Shown here: positions 58,857 to 64,000 of the stretch, piece by piece
Numbering within the stretch: the stretch's first letter is position 1
Layout of the letters: each line of letters begins with the position of its first letter
Assembly (NCBI GenBank): GCA_964629655.1
Contig: CAZVQU010000001.1
Location: forward strand, 292,056-356,055
Direction: 5' to 3'
DNA: 64,000 bases
Source of the DNA: an uncultured Planctomycetia bacterium
GTDB lineage: Bacteria; Omnitrophota; Gorgyraeia; Duberdicusellales; 4484-171
Translations under genes and position numbers: made by a program
Notes under the pieces: model-generated
Databases searched by the model: none
Told to the model about the DNA's origin: nothing
The model's input: the letters and a program-made list of their open reading frames with translations, nothing else

Positions 58857-59997
58857 ATCTAAAATCCTTGCTTGCTTTTGTTGCCACCTCTTCTATTGTC
58901 TTGCAGACACAATATATATCATCTTTGGTGTTACGTGTAGAACTTGGTAAGCATAAACCTCCGGCATAAATAGAGTAAGCATTTTTGTACTCGTCCTTTT
59001 TATATATCTTATAAGGTATAAATTCTACTACCGGCATAAAAATTCTTCGTGTGGGAACACCTTTTCTTTTTAGTGCGATTTGCAAGTTTCCTATCTCTAT
59101 TCCTCTATCAAAAGCAATGCATGTAAACCAATAACTACTCTCTGCATCCTGGAATTCTTCTTGAAAATGAATGTTATCTATATTCCCAAGTTCACTCCGG
59201 TATATATGATTGAACACCCTCTTTTTATTTAGAAACTTGTCGATTTTTTCCATCTGAGCGAGGCCTAAAGCAGCTTCAATATTCGTCATCCTATAATTAA
59301 AACCTACTTCGGAATAATAATATCTATTTGATTTACTTCGCGCCTGATTTGCTAAAAACTTTATGTGCTCTAAGCCTCTGGCATCCTCGCCTACTACCAT
59401 TCCGCCACCGCCAGTTGTGACTATCTTATTGCCGTTAAAGCTAAAACATCCGTAATCCCCAAAAGTCCCCATATTCTTTCTTCTATACTTAGCGCCCAAA
59501 CTTTCTGCGGCGTCTTCTATTACATAAAGATTATGGCGCTTAGCAATATCCATTATTATATCCATCTGGCAAGGATTGCCGTAAAGATGGACCGGTATTA
59601 TTGCTTTTGTCTTTTTGGTTATTGCTTTCTCCATCTTCTCCGGGTCAATATTCCAAGTAGCACTATCAACATCTACAAAAACTGGTTTCGCACCAACATG
59701 CACAACAGCATTAGCAGTTGCAACAAATGTTAAAACAGGAACAATTACCTCATCCTGAGAACCTATCCCGAGTTCGTATAAAGCCATAAGAAGAGCTGCT
59801 GTTCCGCTTTGGGTAGAAACAGCTTTTTTTGCCCCTAAATAGCTCCTGACCTTTTCCTCAAACTCCGAAACATATGGTCCTGCCGTAGAAACATATCCGT
59901 CATCAATGGCTCTATTCAAATACTCTTTCTCCAAACCATCAACATTTGGTGCATCCAAATGTATTTCTCTCTGCTTTGTGTCCAACTTTTTTAACAT
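58846..59997 (-). CDS. DegT/DnrJ/EryC1-family PLP-dependent sugar aminotransferase (LegC/PseC-like)
   Basis: STQSGTAALLMAL..., DAAESLGAKY, CFSFNGNKIVTTGGGG (Schiff-base Lys). Confidence 0.8.
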   Translation of the reverse strand: MLKKLDTKQREIHLDAPNVDGLEKEYLNRAIDDGYVSTAGPYVSEFEEKVRSYLGAKKAVSTQSGTAALLMALYELGIGSQDEVIVPVLTFVATANAVVHVGAKPVFVDVDSATWNIDPEKMEKAITKKTKAIIPVHLYGNPCQMDIIMDIAKRHNLYVIEDAAESLGAKYRRKNMGTFGDYGCFSFNGNKIVTTGGGGMVVGEDARGLEHIKFLANQARSKSNRYYYSEVGFNYRMTNIEAALGLAQMEKIDKFLNKKRVFNHIYRSELGNIDNIHFQEEFQDAESSYWFTCIAFDRGIEIGNLQIALKRKGVPTRRIFMPVVEFIPYKIYKKDEYKNAYSIYAGGLCLPSSTRNTKDDIYCVCKTIEEVATKASKDFRYVN

Positions 59998-60025
59998 ATC
60001 ATTTTACGTTTAATATTTTTTAAAA

Positions 60026-61465
60026 TTACTTCCCCTTAATTAAGATCTTTAATAGTATCAAGGCAGTCCGCATTTTCCTCCTAAATGACCTGCAATACTT
60101 GATATCCTGTCTTACGACAGGGAATACATAAATTAATCTAAAAATTCTATTAGGAGGTAATTTAATCAGCTTCTTAATTAAAGGCTCTAACCACTTATGC
60201 TTCACTAATAGATAAAAGAAATAATGTATGTTTATCAGTTCTGCTGCCTGCTTCAATTTTAGAGGCATTAAGACTCTGTCGCCAACGTAATAGATTTGAA
60301 ATCCAGTATCGGACTCAGAAAAATCATAATCTGGCAACAAAAAACCGGCATCCTTGGCATACTCATTGATTTCGGTTCTTGGATATGGTTGTAGAATAGT
60401 GACTCTGGCCATCTCAGGCTTAAACAACCTATTTAGTTCTACTGTTTTCATAGCAGTAGAAACGGTTTCATGAGGAACGCCGATAATATTAGCTATCTGA
60501 ACTCGTATCTTATATTTATTAAATAATCGCCCCCCCCCTACAATCTGCTTATCTGTCATATCTCTCTTCAAAATATTCTTCCTGATCCATTCATCTCCAT
60601 GCTCAATTGCAAAATCAATTCTATCGCACTTAGCTTCCTTCATTTTTTTAACCATCTCTTCATCAACTAAATCAATGCGTACGTTACACAGAAAAGGAAT
60701 ATCTATTTCCTGTTTATACCGATCTAAAAAAGTCATAAACCATTCCCTGTTGACATTAAGAGTGTCGGTAATAATCTGAAGCCATTTCATTCCATACTTA
60801 TCCCGAACATACTTAATCTCCGCAATTGCTTTGTCTACATCTAGGCAACGGATGTATTGACCTTTACCGGCATACATTTTCTTTAAGGCATTATTAAAAC
60901 AATAGGTACAACTAAAAGGGCAGCCTCTTACAAGGAATATGCTTTTAGTTGGTTCATCTCGTAATTCGAGATATTTGTCATAGTATAACTCTCTATCATA
61001 TATAGGTAACTCATTTATATCAACCAAATCACATAAATCGTTTTTATATATATTTCCATTCCTCTTTACCCACAAATTCTTAATATTAGTAAAATCGTGC
61101 CCCCTGTCAATACGGTTAGCCAACTCCAAAAAAGCATATTCTCCTTCACCGATGCATATTGCATCTAAGCACCTTTGCTTAATGACTTCCGGAAAAAAAG
61201 TAGGATGTGGACCGCCCATTATAATAAAAGCATCTGAAAATTTTCTTAATTCAACAGCCCAATTCAAAGCAAGTTTATTGTTAGCAGTCATTGTCGAAAA
61301 AGCAATAATATTAGGCTTGTAATCCAACACATCTTGGACAATATTTTTGCTTTTTGACTGGATAAACATTTCACATTGATGGCCTCCCTTTTTTAATACC
61401 GCTGAGAGAGCCATCGCTCCAAACCTAGTCCTTATTTCTCGTTGCACAAATGCGATCCTCGCCAT
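60026..61465 (-). CDS. Cobalamin-binding (class B) radical SAM enzyme
   Basis: N-terminal B12-binding-like region (MARIAFVQREIRTRFGAMALSAVLKKGGHQ), LVRGCPFSCTYC radical SAM motif; 479 aa. Confidence 0.7.
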   Translation of the reverse strand: MARIAFVQREIRTRFGAMALSAVLKKGGHQCEMFIQSKSKNIVQDVLDYKPNIIAFSTMTANNKLALNWAVELRKFSDAFIIMGGPHPTFFPEVIKQRCLDAICIGEGEYAFLELANRIDRGHDFTNIKNLWVKRNGNIYKNDLCDLVDINELPIYDRELYYDKYLELRDEPTKSIFLVRGCPFSCTYCFNNALKKMYAGKGQYIRCLDVDKAIAEIKYVRDKYGMKWLQIITDTLNVNREWFMTFLDRYKQEIDIPFLCNVRIDLVDEEMVKKMKEAKCDRIDFAIEHGDEWIRKNILKRDMTDKQIVGGGRLFNKYKIRVQIANIIGVPHETVSTAMKTVELNRLFKPEMARVTILQPYPRTEINEYAKDAGFLLPDYDFSESDTGFQIYYVGDRVLMPLKLKQAAELINIHYFFYLLVKHKWLEPLIKKLIKLPPNRIFRLIYVFPVVRQDIKYCRSFRRKMRTALILLKILIKGK

Positions 61466-61532
61466 CTATATATTCCCCTTATTTAGTTATTTTTCTTACT
61501 ATCTAGTACTAAAGATACTCAACAATGCCCCT

Positions 61533-62531
61533 CTATATATTATAAATATCCGACTTATAGAGATTCATGCTTCCTTTGCCCTTAAACCATTCTATTGTTT
61601 CTTTCAACCCTTGATCCAAAGTGTAAACTGGCTTCCACCTTGTTAGTTCTTTTATTTTCTTATTACTTCCCAGCAGCCTTTCCACTTCACTGTTCTTCGG
61701 CCTAATCCTTGCATCATCCGTAATAATTTTGGTATTACAATTCATATTCTTAATAATTGTTTTGGCAAGGTCTCCTATGGATATTTCAGTCTGGGTCGCA
61801 ATGTTTACCTCTTCGCCAATTGTCTTATCTGACTTTGCGATATCTATGAAACCATCTACAACATCTTTGACAAACACCAAATCTCGTGTGGGTGTAAGTG
61901 AGCCGAGTTGAATCTCCTTTTTTCCAGATAACACCTGGGTTATAATCGTAGGAATTATTGCTCTTGCAGACTGACGAGGCCCGTAAGTATTAAATGGTCT
62001 AGCGATCACTATGGGCAGATTAAAGCTCCTGTAAAATGACTCTGCAACATAATCAGCTCCGATCTTTGTTGCCGAATAGGGTGATTGAGCCTGCTTAGGA
62101 TGTTTTTCATCAATGGGAACATACTGTGCTGTCCCATACACCTCAGATGTTGAAGTAACTAATACCTTCTTTACTCCATAGTCTCTAGCTGCGTGTAAAA
62201 CATTAAGTGTTCCTTTTATATTCGTATCAACATAGCTATCAGAAGAAACGTAACTAAAAGGGATTCCTATTAAAGCCGCCAAATGAAATATAATATCTAT
62301 GCCTTCTATCGCTTTTTTAACTCTATTGAAATCTCTTATATCGCCTGTGAAAACTTCTATCTTATTCAAACTTTCCTTAGGCAAACTTTCAAGCCAACCC
62401 CAGGAATTGAATGAATTGTAATAAGCAAAAGCTCTTATCTCGCACTCTTCCAGCAATAATCTTTCAACGAGATGGCTTCCAATAAATCCATCCGCGCCTG
62501 TTATTAGTATTTTCTTTTTTCTAATATCCAT
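61533..62531 (-). CDS. NAD-dependent sugar-nucleotide 4,6-dehydratase (extended SDR; LegB/RmlB-like)
   Basis: KKILITGADGFIGSHLVERLL (GxxGxxG), YSATKIGADY (YxxxK), 332 aa. Confidence 0.65.
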   Translation of the reverse strand: MDIRKKKILITGADGFIGSHLVERLLLEECEIRAFAYYNSFNSWGWLESLPKESLNKIEVFTGDIRDFNRVKKAIEGIDIIFHLAALIGIPFSYVSSDSYVDTNIKGTLNVLHAARDYGVKKVLVTSTSEVYGTAQYVPIDEKHPKQAQSPYSATKIGADYVAESFYRSFNLPIVIARPFNTYGPRQSARAIIPTIITQVLSGKKEIQLGSLTPTRDLVFVKDVVDGFIDIAKSDKTIGEEVNIATQTEISIGDLAKTIIKNMNCNTKIITDDARIRPKNSEVERLLGSNKKIKELTRWKPVYTLDQGLKETIEWFKGKGSMNLYKSDIYNI

Positions 62532-62544
62532 TGCATAACTTTTC

Positions 62545-63978
62545 TTAATGGACAGATAATGTCAACTCATACAAATTGCTACGTAACCTTTCCAAAGCCT
62601 TATCATCATCAAAAGTATCATATTCCCGAATCTCTTGTTCGCTGATTACATCCCTGCATTTAAATTTTCCGTTTAGAATATTATCTATCTGTTTAAAAAG
62701 AAGACTTTTATCCTTCAATACTATTACATCTTTATACTTTTTGGCAAAAGGGTGGCAGTTATTATTATTAAGATCAAAATATAGAGCATCTTTACCGCAA
62801 ATCAAAGCTATCGTAGAGGGACTATTTAAACCCATATTTATACAAACATCGGATACGGCAATAATTTCTTCAATGCCCCATTCTAAAGGGCTAAGATAAT
62901 TAAAATTATCAAAACTGGTGAGTTGATCCCAAATTTTTTTAAATTGGCCGTAATAGCTGTCGGTTATCCTTTCGGCGTAGGTCATTTCTTTTTTTGCCTT
63001 CAATAATACATTGATTTCTTTATTCTTTTTACAAAATTCACTTATCAACATCAAATATTCAAGAATGGAAGATTGCGTAAAAAGAGAGTAATCAGCAAAA
63101 GATGTATCAAAAAACGTTACTATTTTTTTGCCCCTTTTAAAATTAGCTATTCTGGCAATGGTACTTTCCTTATTTTTTACTGCTTTACTATACTCGTTCT
63201 TAAAAATACATCCTATGCTAATTTTTTTATCAACAAAATAATTTTCTGAATGATAGTCGTAATGGATATCACCCCATATAAAATAAATATTATGAGCGAT
63301 AAAAGCGTAATCCGTTGTTTTATAAACAGTCAGATCGCTCCAGTGAAAAATTACATTTTGCGTACCATACTTATTTAAAATAATTGTTTCGGCAATATCA
63401 TCATAATCAATGAAGGAAATATTACATCCGATTCTGTATCTGTTTAGAAAAACTTCCAGGGAAAAAGTCCGTTTAAAAAAATAGAGAAATTTATAGAATA
63501 GGTAACTTTGTTTCGTGAAAAGAAGCTTTGAATATAAAAATAAAGGAGTAAGAAAATACAAACCTAAAACTTTTAAAAAGTTGCTCCTAATATTAAAAGG
63601 GATATTGCACGCAGATACAGTATGAAACCCTCTTTCCTTGGCAGCATTAAATACTCTATTCCTTATGGTGTTCTTATTGTAGAATTGGTAAAGCAAAATA
63701 TCGTCGTTCGTAAAATATTTACCATCGATGAGAATATCGTCTCGGTCGACTTTGCGATGGAATCCGGCACAGGACTCTGTTGATAATTTAAAATATGGCC
63801 GCGCTTTTCCAACAACGACTCCTCTTCTTACAAGCTCTTTTATTAACCATGCCCAATAATAAAGAAAGAAAAAGATATTTGTAAAATTGTTGAAAAAGAT
63901 AACCTTGACGTGCCCTGTAAATTGATGCTTAAATTTATCAACAACATATCGATTAATCCTATCGTCCTTTAGTATCAA
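62545..63978 (-). CDS. Hypothetical soluble protein, possible GT-B-like transferase. The start is uncertain: the track start is a TTG and the frame stays open to the window edge at 64000.
   Basis: 477 aa with no TM. C-terminal ...GLNSPSTIALICGKDALYF weakly resembles the C-terminal motif of 36756..38717. There is no in-frame stop between 63978 and 64000 on the minus strand. Confidence 0.3.
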   Translation of the reverse strand: MILKDDRINRYVVDKFKHQFTGHVKVIFFNNFTNIFFFLYYWAWLIKELVRRGVVVGKARPYFKLSTESCAGFHRKVDRDDILIDGKYFTNDDILLYQFYNKNTIRNRVFNAAKERGFHTVSACNIPFNIRSNFLKVLGLYFLTPLFLYSKLLFTKQSYLFYKFLYFFKRTFSLEVFLNRYRIGCNISFIDYDDIAETIILNKYGTQNVIFHWSDLTVYKTTDYAFIAHNIYFIWGDIHYDYHSENYFVDKKISIGCIFKNEYSKAVKNKESTIARIANFKRGKKIVTFFDTSFADYSLFTQSSILEYLMLISEFCKKNKEINVLLKAKKEMTYAERITDSYYGQFKKIWDQLTSFDNFNYLSPLEWGIEEIIAVSDVCINMGLNSPSTIALICGKDALYFDLNNNNCHPFAKKYKDVIVLKDKSLLFKQIDNILNGKFKCRDVISEQEIREYDTFDDDKALERLRSNLYELTLSVH

Positions 63979-64000
63979 TGTACTTTCTTTACCAAGATTT

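Noticed and set aside
1-64000. Search for CRISPR repeats, IS elements/transposases/integrases, tRNA or rRNA genes and phage genes
   Set aside because: No regularly spaced direct repeats. No DDE/tyrosine-recombinase-like translations. No tRNA-like cloverleaf candidates noticed in the short intergenic gaps. The island appears purely biosynthetic, and its horizontal-transfer origin cannot be judged without the flanks.

Overview
This 64 kb window is an AT-rich (low G+C by eye), densely packed glycan-biosynthesis island. About 56 back-to-back genes all lie on the minus strand, and many overlap their neighbour by 4-30 nt, which suggests translational coupling within long operons. I found no rRNA, tRNA, CRISPR array, transposase or integrase.

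Read from the high-coordinate (5') end to the low-coordinate end, the content is:

1. Nonulosonic-acid (legionaminic/pseudaminic-type) module, about 49.6-62.5 kb. It has a 4,6-dehydratase, a DegT aminotransferase and a NeuD/PglD-like N-acyltransferase. It also has a NeuC-like hydrolysing 2-epimerase, a NeuB-like synthase and a NeuA-like CMP-sugar synthetase. A PtmE-like CBS+nucleotidyltransferase and a WbuX/PseA-like PP-loop amidotransferase complete it. Embedded in it are a dedicated ACP, a FabH-like KAS III and a FabG-like reductase, presumably to build a non-acetyl N-acyl group, plus a cobalamin-type radical SAM.

2. Sugar-acid/phosphodiester module, about 38.7-49.6 kb. It has an HpcH/HpaI aldolase, an FkbM and two class-I SAM methyltransferases. 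It has a KdsB/KpsU-like cytidylyltransferase, a TagB/TagF-like glycerophosphotransferase and a Gfo/Idh/MocA oxidoreductase. It also has a B12-radical SAM, a SPASM radical SAM, a D-2-hydroxyacid dehydrogenase and an IMPase/CysQ-like phosphatase.

3. Assembly/export block, about 13.6-38.7 kb. It has GT2, GT-C-like and Wzy/O-antigen-ligase-like membrane proteins, a Glf-like FAD enzyme, a GNAT, a DegT aminotransferase and an AsnB-like amidotransferase. It has a second UDP-GlcNAc 2-epimerase, two tandem B12-radical SAMs and a GtrB-like polyprenol-P glycosyltransferase. It has two PAPS-type sulfotransferases, a Wzx flippase and a BNR/Asp-box beta-propeller+LamG protein. It also has a polytopic membrane protein, a third SPASM radical SAM and a secreted SASA/SGNH esterase.

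4. Glycosyltransferase block, about 5.9-13.6 kb: a GT4, a tandem double-GT4 fusion, a SPASM radical SAM, a GT2, a WecG/TagA GT26 and a membrane SGNH/AlgJ-like protein.

5. UDP-6-deoxy-L-HexNAc (FnlABC/WbvBRD-like) pathway plus a GalE-like epimerase, then another SGNH hydrolase, at 0.9-5.9 kb.

6. The N-terminal part of a WbaP/WcaJ-type initiating phosphoglycosyltransferase, running off the window at position 1.

The most unusual aspect is the decoration capacity concentrated in one polysaccharide locus: seven radical SAM enzymes (four cobalamin-binding class B, three SPASM/twitch-type), two sulfotransferases, three methyltransferases, three amidotransferase-type enzymes and a private ACP/KASIII/ketoreductase set. 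This points to a heavily C-/O-modified, sulfated, acylated nonulosonic-acid-containing glycan from an anaerobic (B12/radical-SAM-rich) organism. All functional calls come from motifs I read in the supplied translations; none was checked against a database.
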